The translations under genes and the position numbers were made by a program. The notes under the pieces are model-generated. The model worked only from the letters and a program-made list of their open reading frames with translations, made no database searches and was not told where the DNA came from. A stretch of DNA of 64,000 nucleotides from Phycisphaerae bacterium. Lineage in GTDB: Bacteria; Planctomycetota; Phycisphaerae; UBA1845; Fen-1342. The stretch spans positions 32,001 to 96,000 of the forward strand of contig JASFQK010000002.1 in NCBI GenBank assembly GCA_050115495.1, written 5' to 3'. This document shows, piece after piece, positions 18,877-29,076 of this stretch (position 1 is the stretch's first letter; every line of letters starts with the position of its first letter).

Positions 18877-20175
18877 ATGGACGAGTCACGGCGACGGTTT
18901 CTGCAGCGGGGGATGACCTTGGGGGCGCTGGCGGCGATGGCCCTGCGGGACGACGCCGTGGAGCGGGTACTGGCCGCGGGCCAGACGGCGGGCGGCCGGC
19001 CGCCGGAGGATGTGGCCACGGACGAGGACTACTGGATGCAGGTCCAGCAGGCGTTTTCGCTGGACCGCAGCATGATCTACCTGAACAACGGGGGGATTTG
19101 CCCCTCACCGCGGATCGTACAGGAAGCCATCCGCAAGCACGACATTTTCACCAACGTGGCCCCGGCACGGTCGATGTGGCGGCTGCTCGACCCGCAGGTG
19201 GAGACGAGCCGCGTGCGGCTGGCCCGGGCCTTCAGGTGTTCACCTGAGGAGATGGCCATTACGCGGAACACCAGCGAGGCCCTCCAGATCGTCATCTACG
19301 GGATGGATCTGGCCGCGGGGGACGAGGTGCTGACGACCGACCAGGACTATCCGCGGATGATCAACACGTACAAGCAGCGGGAACTGCGCGACGGCGTCGT
19401 GCTCAAGCAGGTGGCGGTGCCGACGCCGGCGCAGGATCCCGGCGACCTGCTGGAGGCGTTCGCGAAGAACATCACGCCGAAGACGAAAGTCCTGCTGTGC
19501 TGTCATGTGGTGAACCTCACCGGGCAGATCTACCCGGTGCGAGACATCTGCCGGCTGGGGCGGGAGCATGGGATTCCGGTGATCGTGGACGGGGCGCATG
19601 CTTTCGCGCACCTGGCGTACAAGCAGGCGGATCTGGAGTGCACGTACTACGGGACGAGCCTGCACAAGTGGTTGACGGGGCCGCTGGGCACGGGCTTCCT
19701 GTACGTGCGGAAGGACAAGATCGGTGAGTTGTGGCCGCTGATGGCCGCGCCCGAGCCGCGCAGCGAGGACATTCGCAAATTTGAGGAAATCGGCACGCAC
19801 CGCGTGGCCGAGCGGCTGGCCATCTGCGAAGCGCTCGATTTTCACGAAGCCATCGGTGCGCAACGCAAGGAGGCGCGGCTGCGCCATCTGCGCGACTACT
19901 GGGCCCGACGTGTGTCGCAGGATCGACGCGTGAAGCTGTTCGCCCGGCTCGAGCCGGGGCATTCGACCGGCGTGGCCACGTTCGCCATCGAGGGTATCGA
20001 CAACGGTCAGCTTGTGGCTCATCTGTGGAACAAGCACCACATTTATGTGATTCCCATCAATCACGAATCGGTGAAGGGCGTGCGCGTGACGCCGAACGTG
20101 TATACAACGCTCGGCGAGTTGGATATGTTCTGCGAGGCGGTGGAAGACGTTCTGGCGAACGGGCTGCCGGCGTAG
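18877..20175 (+). CDS. Class V PLP-dependent enzyme (isopenicillin-N epimerase / cysteine desulfurase-like) with Tat signal
   Basis: MDESRRRFLQ twin-arginine signal; YLNNGG, RNTSEAL, VDGAH, TSLHKWL (PLP lysine). Confidence 0.88.
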   Translation: MDESRRRFLQRGMTLGALAAMALRDDAVERVLAAGQTAGGRPPEDVATDEDYWMQVQQAFSLDRSMIYLNNGGICPSPRIVQEAIRKHDIFTNVAPARSMWRLLDPQVETSRVRLARAFRCSPEEMAITRNTSEALQIVIYGMDLAAGDEVLTTDQDYPRMINTYKQRELRDGVVLKQVAVPTPAQDPGDLLEAFAKNITPKTKVLLCCHVVNLTGQIYPVRDICRLGREHGIPVIVDGAHAFAHLAYKQADLECTYYGTSLHKWLTGPLGTGFLYVRKDKIGELWPLMAAPEPRSEDIRKFEEIGTHRVAERLAICEALDFHEAIGAQRKEARLRHLRDYWARRVSQDRRVKLFARLEPGHSTGVATFAIEGIDNGQLVAHLWNKHHIYVIPINHESVKGVRVTPNVYTTLGELDMFCEAVEDVLANGLPA

Positions 20176-20199
20176 GGCCGGCGGGGCAGCGGCATCGCC

Positions 20200-20961
20200 A
20201 TGGGTGACGGCATGGGTGTGGATGAAATCCGGGTCGACGCGTTGCCGGCGGGGCGGCGCGAGGTATTCGCCGAGTTCGCTCGCACGGTTCAGCAGATGGC
20301 GGGCGATGGGCTGCTCGGGTTGTGCGCCTGCGGCGGGTGGGTGGTCGACGATCGTTTCTACGAGCGGGCGCCGGCACAGGGCGTGCTCGTACTGCGCGAG
20401 GTCGATCTGAACCTGTTGGATCGGCTGGCGTCGGTGGGCGGGCGGTTCGGTCGGCGGAATGTGGCCGCTCCGCTGATCATGACGTCGGAGTACATCGAGG
20501 CGTCACGGGACGTTTTTCCGCTGGAATTGCTGGAGATTCAACAGCTTCACCGTGTCGTATGCGGGGCGGATCACTTCGAGTCGCTCTCGCTGGCGCCGGC
20601 GGATCTGCGGCTGCAATGCGAGCGGGAGCTGAAGAGCGAACTGATCCGCATGCGGCAGGGATTGATTGCTGCGGCCGGCAAGCGCGGGCCGCTGGATGAG
20701 CTGTGCGCCGGGGCGGCGGAGCGCAGCGTGCGTGTGCTGCGCGGGATTCTGCACCTCGTCGGTCGCGAGGTGCCGGCGCTGGTGCTGAACGTGATGGAGA
20801 CGGCGGCAGAAGTCGCCGGGCTGCGGCTGGTGACGCTGGCGCGGGCGGCGGCGGGGGCAGATCACCTGGATTTCGACGGTTTTCGCCGGTGCTACGACGA
20901 GGTGGCGGCGCTCGCCCACTATGTGGACCAACTGACGCCGAGCGGGGCGGTCGGCGCTTAG
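20200..20961 (+). CDS. Hypothetical protein, nucleotidyltransferase-like fold, LemA/TPM-associated
   Basis: PLIMTSEYIEASRDVFPLELLEIQ...G.D...LRLQCERELK pattern; first gene of the TPM-LemA cluster. Confidence 0.6.
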   Translation: MGDGMGVDEIRVDALPAGRREVFAEFARTVQQMAGDGLLGLCACGGWVVDDRFYERAPAQGVLVLREVDLNLLDRLASVGGRFGRRNVAAPLIMTSEYIEASRDVFPLELLEIQQLHRVVCGADHFESLSLAPADLRLQCERELKSELIRMRQGLIAAAGKRGPLDELCAGAAERSVRVLRGILHLVGREVPALVLNVMETAAEVAGLRLVTLARAAAGADHLDFDGFRRCYDEVAALAHYVDQLTPSGAVGA

Positions 20962-21026
20962 AACAATGCCGGCCGGCTGTAATGGGCGGGGCGGAGTCGA
21001 CTGGATAGGATCGGGAGTTGATGAAC

Positions 21027-21920
21027 ATGGGCGTCAGGAATGCTGAAGGCCGGTTCGCTGCGGGACACTGGGCGGCCCTGTTGCTGCTTGGCGTGGCGCT
21101 GTCGGTCGTGGCGCGCGCCCAGCAGGTGCCGGCGGCGCCGCGCGATTACATCGTCGATCAGGCGAATGTCGTTTCCGCCGCCACCGAGACCCGGCTCAAC
21201 GGCTATCTCCAGGATCTCGAGCGGAAGACGAAGGCGCAGTTGCTCGTGCTGACCGTGCGGACGACAGACGGGGCGGCGATCAACGACTATACCCTGGCCG
21301 TCGCCGAGAAGTGGAAGCTGGGCAAGAAGGGCATCGACAACGGGGCCCTGGTGGTCATCGCGGTGGATGACAAGGCCTGGACGATCCAGGTGGGGTACGG
21401 GCTGGAGCCCGTGTTGACGGATCAGTTCTGCGGGCAGGTGGGTCGCGAGATCATGCGGCCGCATTTCCGGCAGGGGCAGTTCGGGGAGGGGCTGTTCCAG
21501 GGTGTGGTGGCGCTGGCCGGCCGCGTGGCGCAGAATGCCAACGTGCAGGTCACCGACATGCCCGTGGTGCCCGTCGGAGCGGGGACAAGCGGCGTGAGGA
21601 TGAGTAGCGGCGGAGAATGCGGCAGCGGTTTCGGCTACTTCATTCCGCTGCTGGTGCTGTTTCTGATCCTGGGTGGTCTGGGCGGCGGCCGGGGCGGTCG
21701 ACGCCGATACTACGGCGGTTCGGGCGGCATCCTGCCATGGCTAATCCTCAGCGGGATGAGCGCCGGGAGACGGCATAGCAGTTGGGGAGGCAGTTCCCAC
21801 GGCGGGTTCGGCGGGGGCTTCGGCGGCGGGGGTTTCGGGGGCGGCGGGTTCGGCGGGGGGAGCTTTGGTGGCGGGGGTGGCGGCTCGTTCGGCGGCGGCG
21901 GGGCGTCGGGCGGTTGGTAG
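21027..21920 (+). CDS. TPM (DUF477 / YgcG) domain membrane protein with Gly-rich tail
   Basis: YIVDQANVV, WKLGKKGIDNGALVVIA, IQVGYGLEPVLTD; C-terminal GGFGGG...GGGASGGW. Confidence 0.92.
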   Translation: MGVRNAEGRFAAGHWAALLLLGVALSVVARAQQVPAAPRDYIVDQANVVSAATETRLNGYLQDLERKTKAQLLVLTVRTTDGAAINDYTLAVAEKWKLGKKGIDNGALVVIAVDDKAWTIQVGYGLEPVLTDQFCGQVGREIMRPHFRQGQFGEGLFQGVVALAGRVAQNANVQVTDMPVVPVGAGTSGVRMSSGGECGSGFGYFIPLLVLFLILGGLGGGRGGRRRYYGGSGGILPWLILSGMSAGRRHSSWGGSSHGGFGGGFGGGGFGGGGFGGGSFGGGGGGSFGGGGASGGW

Positions 21921-21954
21921 CAGGTGAAACGTGTCTGGAAATGAGGTGGCAAGC

Positions 21955-22557
21955 ATGAACCGGCGAGCGGGTGTGGCCGCGATCGTCCTGGCCTTCATCG
22001 TGGTGCTGGCGGTGTTCGCCCTGGTTATCGGCGGTTGCGCCGTGAGCGGTTACAACAAGGCGATCAACCTCTCCGAACGCGTCGACGCCCAGTGGGCACA
22101 GGTCGACGTCGTGCTCCAGCGGCGATACGATCTGATCCCGAACCTGATGGAGACGGTGAAGGGCTACGCCGGCCACGAGAAGGAGATCTTCACCGAGATC
22201 GCCAAGAGCCGGGAGAAGTACTTCCAGGCCGGCGGTCGCGACGAGAAGGTGGCGGCGGCGAACGGGCTGGAACGGGCCCTTTCGCGGCTGCTGGTGCTCC
22301 AGGAGCGCTATCCGGACCTGAAGGCCCAGGCCAGCTTCCAGCAGTTCATGGACTCGCTGGAGGGCACGGAGAACCGCATCAGCGTGGAACGCCGGCGGTA
22401 TAACCTGGCGGTGAAGGAGTTGAACCTGTTCTGCAGGGGGTTCTTCGGGCAGATGTACTCGGGTTGGGCGGGGGTGACGTCGGCGGAGTACTTCGAGGCC
22501 GAGCAGGGTGCCAAGGAAGCGCCGAAGGTCGATTTCGGGTCCGGCCAGTCGCCATAG
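21955..22557 (+). CDS. LemA family protein (copy 1)
   Basis: WAQVDVVLQRRYDLIPNL.ETVKGYA.HE, ERYPDLKA, GTENRISVERRRYN. Confidence 0.93.
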   Translation: MNRRAGVAAIVLAFIVVLAVFALVIGGCAVSGYNKAINLSERVDAQWAQVDVVLQRRYDLIPNLMETVKGYAGHEKEIFTEIAKSREKYFQAGGRDEKVAAANGLERALSRLLVLQERYPDLKAQASFQQFMDSLEGTENRISVERRRYNLAVKELNLFCRGFFGQMYSGWAGVTSAEYFEAEQGAKEAPKVDFGSGQSP

Positions 22558-22607
22558 AGGGGGGCGCTCCTGGGCTGGCGGGGGAGACTTCCCGCGTCGG
22601 GAGAAAC

Positions 22608-22628
22608 GGCGGGCCGAGTCCGCCCTAC
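22608..22628 (-). repeat. GTAG-type REP singlet
   Basis: Reverse complement GTAGGGCGGACTCGGCCCGCC differs by one base from 53793-53813. Confidence 0.7.
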
Positions 22629-22865
22629 GTTGGGCGCGGAGTTGGTCCCTGTCGTGATGGGAGGGGGGGGCCGGGGCGGGTTGACACTTGAGGGGGGCCA
22701 CATAGAATGACACGCCGCGTTGACCGCCGGAGCTGCATTGTGCTAAGCGGTTGTCCTGCCAGCCAGTGGTGCGGTGCGGGGTCTTCAGCGCCATGATCCC
22801 CAGAAAGCTGACCGGTTCGTCGCACGCCAGCAGTCTGTGATAGCTTTGGGTGGGAGGTAACAGCC

Positions 22866-23810
22866 ATGATTGAGGTGCGAAACCTCTCGAAGCACTACGG
22901 AGCGCACCGGGCGGTCGACAACATCTCCTTCCGCGTGAATGAGGGGGAGGTCGTCGGCTTTCTGGGCCCGAATGGTGCCGGTAAGACGACCACGCTGCGC
23001 ATCCTGACGTGCTTCCTGCCGGCGACGGCGGGGGCGGCCAGCGTCGCTGGCCACGACGTGTTTACGGAGTCGCTGGCGGTGCGGCGGTCGGTGGGGTACC
23101 TGCCGGAGAGCGTGCCGCTGTACCCGGAAATGCGGGTGCGGGAGTACCTGCGGTTCCGGGGCAAGCTGCGCGGGCTGAGCTACACCGAGCGGGCAACCGC
23201 GTTGGGCGAGGTGACCGAGCGTTGCTGGCTCAAGGACGTGTACAACCGGCCGATCGGGCACCTGTCGAAGGGGTATCGGCAGCGCGTGGGTCTGGCCGAC
23301 GCGCTGCTGCACAATCCGCCGGTGTTGATCCTGGACGAGCCGACCGTGGGGCTGGACCCGTCGCAGATTCGCGAGACGCGTTCGCTGATCCGGGAGCTGG
23401 CCCAGGAGCACACGGTGATCCTGTCGAGCCACATCCTGCCGGAGGTGGAGGCCACCTGTCAGCGGATCATCTTCATTCATGAGGGGCGGCTGGTGGCGTC
23501 GGGCTCACCCGAGGAGCTGCGCGAGCGGTTCAGCGAACGGCACGGCGCGATTGTCGAGGTGCGGGCGCCGGCCGAGGAAGTGGATGCGGCGCTGCGCACC
23601 GTGGCGGGCGTGAGCGACGTGCGCACCGCGCTGCACGACGGCTGGACGCGGGCCACGGTGGTGGCGAACCAGGACGTGCGGACGGCGGTCGCCGCGCTCG
23701 TCGCACAGCGGGGCTGGGCCCTGCGCGAACTGCGGCGTGACGCGGCGACGCTGGAGGACTTCTTCGTGCAGACCGTGAAAGGGGCGGGTGCGGGGAGGGT
23801 GCGAACATGA
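22866..23810 (+). CDS. ABC transporter ATP-binding protein (GldA-like)
   Basis: GPNGAGKTT, LSKGYRQRVG, ILDEPTVGLDP, SSHIL. Confidence 0.95.
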   Translation: MIEVRNLSKHYGAHRAVDNISFRVNEGEVVGFLGPNGAGKTTTLRILTCFLPATAGAASVAGHDVFTESLAVRRSVGYLPESVPLYPEMRVREYLRFRGKLRGLSYTERATALGEVTERCWLKDVYNRPIGHLSKGYRQRVGLADALLHNPPVLILDEPTVGLDPSQIRETRSLIRELAQEHTVILSSHILPEVEATCQRIIFIHEGRLVASGSPEELRERFSERHGAIVEVRAPAEEVDAALRTVAGVSDVRTALHDGWTRATVVANQDVRTAVAALVAQRGWALRELRRDAATLEDFFVQTVKGAGAGRVRT

Positions 23811-24526
23811 GAAACATGCTGGCGATCATGCAGCGCGAGCTGCTGTCGCTGTTCTGCTCGCCGATTGCCTACATCGTCATCGCCGGCTTCTGGCTGATCA
23901 CGGGCGTGCTGGTCTGGGTCAGCGCGACGTTCGAGCCGGGCAAGCCGGCGATGCTACGGGACGTGTTCTGGTGGACGCCGTTGGTGCTGACCATCATCAT
24001 CCCGGCGATCAGCATGCGGACGATCTGCGAGGAGTATCGCTCCGGCACGATCGAGACGCTGATGACGGCTCCGCTGACCGACGGGCAGATGGTGCTGGGC
24101 AAGTACCTGGCGTCGCTCGTGTTCTACCTGATCATGATCACCGGCACGCTGGTGTACATGGTGCTGATGGAGATCTACGGCGATCCGGACTGGGGCGCGG
24201 CCCTGGCGGCGTACCTGGGGCTGGTGCTGGTCGGTGTGTTCTTCACCGCGTTCGGCGTGTTCGCCAGCAGCCTGACGCGTAACCAGATCGTGGCCTGGAT
24301 CCTGGGGTTCGTGCCGCTGCTGCTGTTCGCCTGGCTCGCGTACTACGTCGCGGACCGACCCGAGGGTTGGATGCGCCAGGTGCTGCAACAGATCAACGTA
24401 ATGGGACGCTTCGGCGAGTTCGCGCGCGGGCAGGTCAAGACCGACGCGATCGCCTACTTCCTCGTCCTCGGCGGGCTCTTCCTGTTCCTCAGCGTGAAAG
24501 TCGTGGAGTCCAGGCGATGGCGGTAA
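23807..24526 (+). CDS. ABC-2 permease (GldF-like)
   Basis: RELLSLFCSPIAY, EEYRSGTIETLMTAP, VLGKYLA, SSLTRNQIVA; about six TM segments. Confidence 0.9.
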   Translation: MRNMLAIMQRELLSLFCSPIAYIVIAGFWLITGVLVWVSATFEPGKPAMLRDVFWWTPLVLTIIIPAISMRTICEEYRSGTIETLMTAPLTDGQMVLGKYLASLVFYLIMITGTLVYMVLMEIYGDPDWGAALAAYLGLVLVGVFFTAFGVFASSLTRNQIVAWILGFVPLLLFAWLAYYVADRPEGWMRQVLQQINVMGRFGEFARGQVKTDAIAYFLVLGGLFLFLSVKVVESRRWR

Positions 24527-26715
24527 ACGCAGAAACAAGCGCGGCCCAGCGCCGCGTGGCGTTCGGGATCAACGCGGTCGTGCAGGCCGTGCTGGCCATC
24601 ATCGTGGCCATCGGCGTGATCTGGCTGGCGGGAAAGTGGAGCGCACAGGCGGACTGGACCAGCGCGCGGCTCAACAGCCTCAGTCCACGCACGGTGAACC
24701 TCCTGCACACGCTGCCGGAGAACATCCGTATCACGTCGCTGTTCGCCGAGCCGGACCAGGAGCGTCAGCCGCTCCAGCGGAAGCGCTGGCGCGAGCTCCG
24801 CGATATACTCGAGTTGTACGACTCGGCCGGCGGGGCGAAGGTCAGCGCCCGCACGCTCGAACCGACCCTGGCCAAGACTGAAACCGAAGAGCTGCTCAAG
24901 CGGCTGGCCAACCTGCCGGCCTACCGTGACGAGGCTGCCCCCCACCGCGAGGCTCTCGCCAGGTTCGAGCCGCTCAAGCAGCGCGTGACGGAACTGGCCG
25001 GCGGTGAGTATCAGCAGGCCCGCGAACTGGCCGCCGCTGCTCCCGCCGTCGCCCAGGAGCGCACGTTCGAGTTGGTGCTCAACAGCCTCCAGTCGATCGT
25101 CGAGGTGGCCGACAGCGTCACCGAAGAACTGAAGATGCTCGAAGGCGGCGAGATCCCCCACTACGGCGAGGCCCTCGGCCAGGTGCGCACCTACCTGACG
25201 CAGGTGCAGCAGGCCCTGCGCGGCGTGTCCACCTGGATGACCAGCGACGGTGTGCGCATCGGCGGGCTGACGCCGGAGCTGCGCGAGTTCTTCGAGCAGT
25301 CCATGACGCGCTACAGCGACGTGCTTGCCGAGATCGACCAGCTCCTGGCCGACACGCAGGAGCTGAAGGAAGTGAAGCTCGAAGACCTCCACCAGGAGCT
25401 GGCCCGCTGGCGCGACGGAGCAACCGTATTGGTCGAGAGCGAGCACGAAGCCCGAGTCATTCCCTTCAACGACATCTGGCAGGCCCCCCTCGATCGGAAC
25501 ATCCGGCCCGGCCCGGAGGGCGAGACCCGCGAGTTCGCGGCCGAAGCGGCCATCTCGTCGGCGATCCTGCAACTGACGCAGCACGACAGGACCGCGGTGG
25601 TCTTCACGTATTACGGCGGTCCGTCGCCGATCCAGCCCGACTACTCGCAGATGAACCCGGCGATGCAGCAGGTGCCGCGGGCGCCGTACCAGGAGTTGGT
25701 CGAGCGACTGGAAAAGGCGAACTTCCTGACGGGAGAGTGGAACGTCGAGGCAGTGAAGGAGCCGCCGGTGGTGGGGGACGCGGCGCGCACCGTGTACGTG
25801 GTGTTCCGGCCGTCGCCGCCGCCGCGACCGAATCCGATGCGGCCGTCGCCGGAGACGGGCATGACGGCCGAGGATCGGCAACTCGTCGAGAAAGCGGTGG
25901 AGGCGTCGGGGATGGCGGTGTTCCTGGTGGGGTGGAGGCTGCCGCAGTCGCCGCTGCCCGGGGCGACGGAGATGTACGAGTACGGCTCGTATCTGAAAGA
26001 GCAGTGGGGCGTGGACGTGCGCAGCGAATACGTGGCGCTGGCGTTCATGCCGAATCCGCAGAAGCCGGGCTGGTGGGTGCCGGCGGGGCAGAAGCCGTGG
26101 CTGTTGACCACGGACCGGGTGCTGCGACTGACCGATCACCCGATCAGCGCGTCGCTCCGGACAACGCGGGCAGCGTTCTGGATGACGGCCCCGCTGGCGG
26201 CCGTGCCGAAGAAAGAGCGGCCGGAAGGTTTGGAAGTGGACACGGTCGTCGAGGTGCGGAAGACGGAAGACGCCTGGGCCATCGTCGACCTGCAGCGCCT
26301 GTTTGAGGAGGAGTTCAGGCGGAACGAGGGGACGCGACAGATGGACGGTGATCTGGGCACGCCGTTCCCCGTCGCCATGGCCGCCACCAACGCCGACGGA
26401 AAGAAGGTGGTCGTCTTCGGCAGCTCGCAGTTCGCCGAGGACGGCCTGGCCAACGCCACGGGGCTGATGGCCGTGGGCAAGTCGGTCGTGCTGGGGCAGG
26501 TCTATCCGGCGAACAGCGACCTGTTCATCAACACGCTGCACTGGCTGACGGGCGAGGCCGACCGCATCGCCGTCGGGCCGCGCCGGGCCAGCGTGCCGCG
26601 CTTGACCGGACTCGATGAAACGGGGGCGCTCTTTGTGCGTTGGTTCCTCGTGGGTATCTGGCCGGCGTCTATCCTCGTGATCGGCGTCTGCGTGTGGCTG
26701 ATTCGGCGGAGGTAG
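24517..26715 (+). CDS. GldG-like ABC transporter auxiliary component
   Basis: N-terminal TM, DWTSARLNSLSPRT, NSDLFINTLHWL, C-terminal TM ending W..RRR; position after GldA/F-like genes. Confidence 0.8.
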   Translation: MAVNAETSAAQRRVAFGINAVVQAVLAIIVAIGVIWLAGKWSAQADWTSARLNSLSPRTVNLLHTLPENIRITSLFAEPDQERQPLQRKRWRELRDILELYDSAGGAKVSARTLEPTLAKTETEELLKRLANLPAYRDEAAPHREALARFEPLKQRVTELAGGEYQQARELAAAAPAVAQERTFELVLNSLQSIVEVADSVTEELKMLEGGEIPHYGEALGQVRTYLTQVQQALRGVSTWMTSDGVRIGGLTPELREFFEQSMTRYSDVLAEIDQLLADTQELKEVKLEDLHQELARWRDGATVLVESEHEARVIPFNDIWQAPLDRNIRPGPEGETREFAAEAAISSAILQLTQHDRTAVVFTYYGGPSPIQPDYSQMNPAMQQVPRAPYQELVERLEKANFLTGEWNVEAVKEPPVVGDAARTVYVVFRPSPPPRPNPMRPSPETGMTAEDRQLVEKAVEASGMAVFLVGWRLPQSPLPGATEMYEYGSYLKEQWGVDVRSEYVALAFMPNPQKPGWWVPAGQKPWLLTTDRVLRLTDHPISASLRTTRAAFWMTAPLAAVPKKERPEGLEVDTVVEVRKTEDAWAIVDLQRLFEEEFRRNEGTRQMDGDLGTPFPVAMAATNADGKKVVVFGSSQFAEDGLANATGLMAVGKSVVLGQVYPANSDLFINTLHWLTGEADRIAVGPRRASVPRLTGLDETGALFVRWFLVGIWPASILVIGVCVWLIRRR

Positions 26716-26721
26716 GCGGGG

Positions 26722-29070
26722 ATGAACTACAAAACAACCGCTGTGCTCGCATTGCTGGTCATCATCATCGGGGTGGTGTGGATGCTCTACCCGGGAGACG
26801 ACCAACGCGACGTCGCGAAGCCGGTGCCCGAGGAGATCACTGCGACCGAGGCTACCGTTCTCGACCCGTCGCCGGCGCCGGAGACGATTGTCGGTGTGAC
26901 GATTGCGCGGCCGGACAAGCCGAAGCTGGTGTTCGCTCGCGAGCCGCAGGAAGGCGAAGCGGCGCGGATGGGGTCCTGGCGGGCGGTGGAGCCGTTGACC
27001 GTGCCGGTCATGCCGCTGGACAGCCTGCTCTATAGCCTGACGGGGATGACGTCGAGCAAGCAGTTCGAGCCGGGTGCGGCGGGGGCACCGAGTGAGGCCG
27101 ATGTTGGGCTCAACCCGCCGCGCGTGACGGTGACGCTGCGGGACAAGGAGGGTAAGGATTACACGCTCGAGATCGGCGCCAAGGCCGCGGTGGGCGACGA
27201 TACGTACATGCGTGTGGGCGGGAAGAAGACCGTGCACGTCGTAAACGCCGATCTGTTTGCCGGGCTGAGGAAGGATTTCAACGATTACCGCGACAAGAAG
27301 TTGGTTACGCTCAAGGCGGTGGACGCCGTGCGTGTGGAGATTACCACGCCGAGCGAGTCCTGCATCTTCTCGCGGAGCGCGGACAGCCCGAACTGGGTCA
27401 TCGACGCGCCGGTGCAGGCGTACGCCCTGCGGGATCAGGTGCTGGAACTCGTGCGGAGTATCGGCAACCTGCGGGCGACGGACTTCGCCGAGGACGCTCC
27501 GGCGGATCTGGCTCCGTACGAGTTGGACCAGCCGACGCTGACCGCCTCGGTCACGACGGAGACTCGCCGGCCCGTGCCGACGACGCAGGAAGGGCCGACC
27601 ACGGAGCCGGCTGAGCCGCAGTACGAGGTGGAGCGCCAGTCGGTGACGGTGCTGATCGGTGGCTACGCCGACCTGGAGCGCACGACCCGCTACGCCAAGC
27701 TGGCCGACCAGCCGTGGGTGGTGAAGCTACAGCAGAAGGACGTGGAGGGGCTGCTACCGGATCTGAACAAGCTGCGTGACCCGCAGATCACGCGGGTCAA
27801 GGCCGCCAACGCGACGCGGTTGGAGCTGACCGTCGCCGGCGAGAGCGCCACGTTGTGGAAAGAGGGGGCGACCTGGCGCGGTGAAGGGGCGCTGGCCGAC
27901 CTCGAGCTTCCCGCGGTGCAGGACGTGCTGGAGGCGTTCGAGGACCTGAGCGCCATGAACTTTCTGTCGAGCCCGGACCCATTGAGCCGGTACGGTTTGG
28001 CCGAGCCGCGAGCGGTTATTGCCGTTACCACGAGCGGCGCCGTGTCGCCGGTGCGGGTGCTGGTGGGCGATGCGTCGGGCAGCGGGCTGAACACGTACGT
28101 GATGCGTGACGACCAGCCGACGGTGTTCGTGGTCAGCACGGCTCAAGTGCGGCGGCTGATGGTAACGCCGCTGTCGCTGCGTTCGCGGAAAATCTTCACC
28201 GCCAGCGAACGGGACGTGCAGCGCATCACCCTCCAGCGCGGCAAGCAGCACTACGAGCTGTCGCGCACCGGCGATACCTGGACGTTCCAGCAGCCGGCCG
28301 GGGCGCCGATCGATGTGCTGAGCGTGCGGGTGCTGGTCGGCGATCTGTCGCGTCTGCGGGCGCGGCGCGTCGTGGCCGCCCGCGACGATGGCCGATATGG
28401 CCTGGACGAGCCGGCGGTGACGGTGCACTTCACCGTGGCCGAGGCTCCGCCCGCCGAGAGCCAGCCGACCTCGGCGCCGACGACGCAGCCGGTGGAGCAC
28501 GTGCTGCGTGTGGCGCGGCAGGTCGAGGCGGTCTATGCGCAGTTCGACGATGTGCCGTACGTGTTCGAGCTGGACGAGACGGTGTACAAGGTCCTGGCCG
28601 GTGAGTTGATCCGCCGGGAGGTGTTCAGTTTCGCGCCCGAGGACGTCGTCGGCCTGACGGTCGCGGCACCCGGGGGCACGCTGGAGCTGGCCCAGGAGGA
28701 CGGCCAGTGGCAGTTCACGCCCGACCCGTTCGTCAAGTTGGCGCAGCCGAAGGTGAAGGAGCTAATCGCGGGCGTGGCCGGCATGCGCGTCGAGCTCTTC
28801 CTCGAATATGAGAACGCGGACCTGGCGGCGGCGGGGCTGCTGAACGCCCCGGTGACGGTGAGCATCCGGCTGCGCGACGGGACGCTGCACAACCTCAAGA
28901 TCGAGCCGGAGCAGCCGGGGGCGCTGCCACGCGTGGCGGGCCTGGTCGAGGCGCGGCGGACGTTCCTGCTGCAACGGGCGTTTTGCGAGGAGCTGCTTCG
29001 CGGGCTGGATGCCTACCTTCAGACCGATGGCGCGCAACAGCCGCCGATGGCTCCTCTGCCACCCGGCTAA
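26722..29070 (+). CDS. Multi-DUF4340 domain protein
   Basis: N-terminal anchor; repeated W....P / LRA..F / YGL..P units; typical partner of GldG-like operons. Confidence 0.78.
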   Translation: MNYKTTAVLALLVIIIGVVWMLYPGDDQRDVAKPVPEEITATEATVLDPSPAPETIVGVTIARPDKPKLVFAREPQEGEAARMGSWRAVEPLTVPVMPLDSLLYSLTGMTSSKQFEPGAAGAPSEADVGLNPPRVTVTLRDKEGKDYTLEIGAKAAVGDDTYMRVGGKKTVHVVNADLFAGLRKDFNDYRDKKLVTLKAVDAVRVEITTPSESCIFSRSADSPNWVIDAPVQAYALRDQVLELVRSIGNLRATDFAEDAPADLAPYELDQPTLTASVTTETRRPVPTTQEGPTTEPAEPQYEVERQSVTVLIGGYADLERTTRYAKLADQPWVVKLQQKDVEGLLPDLNKLRDPQITRVKAANATRLELTVAGESATLWKEGATWRGEGALADLELPAVQDVLEAFEDLSAMNFLSSPDPLSRYGLAEPRAVIAVTTSGAVSPVRVLVGDASGSGLNTYVMRDDQPTVFVVSTAQVRRLMVTPLSLRSRKIFTASERDVQRITLQRGKQHYELSRTGDTWTFQQPAGAPIDVLSVRVLVGDLSRLRARRVVAARDDGRYGLDEPAVTVHFTVAEAPPAESQPTSAPTTQPVEHVLRVARQVEAVYAQFDDVPYVFELDETVYKVLAGELIRREVFSFAPEDVVGLTVAAPGGTLELAQEDGQWQFTPDPFVKLAQPKVKELIAGVAGMRVELFLEYENADLAAAGLLNAPVTVSIRLRDGTLHNLKIEPEQPGALPRVAGLVEARRTFLLQRAFCEELLRGLDAYLQTDGAQQPPMAPLPPG

Positions 29071-29076
29071 GGCCGG

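Noticed and set aside
21780..21915. GGC/GGT-rich repetitive tract
   Set aside because: Encodes the normal Gly-rich tail of TPM-domain proteins
22866..26715. Gliding-motility machinery
   Set aside because: GldA/F/G-like ABC modules are widespread in non-gliding bacteria, and no gldK-N or spr genes are present
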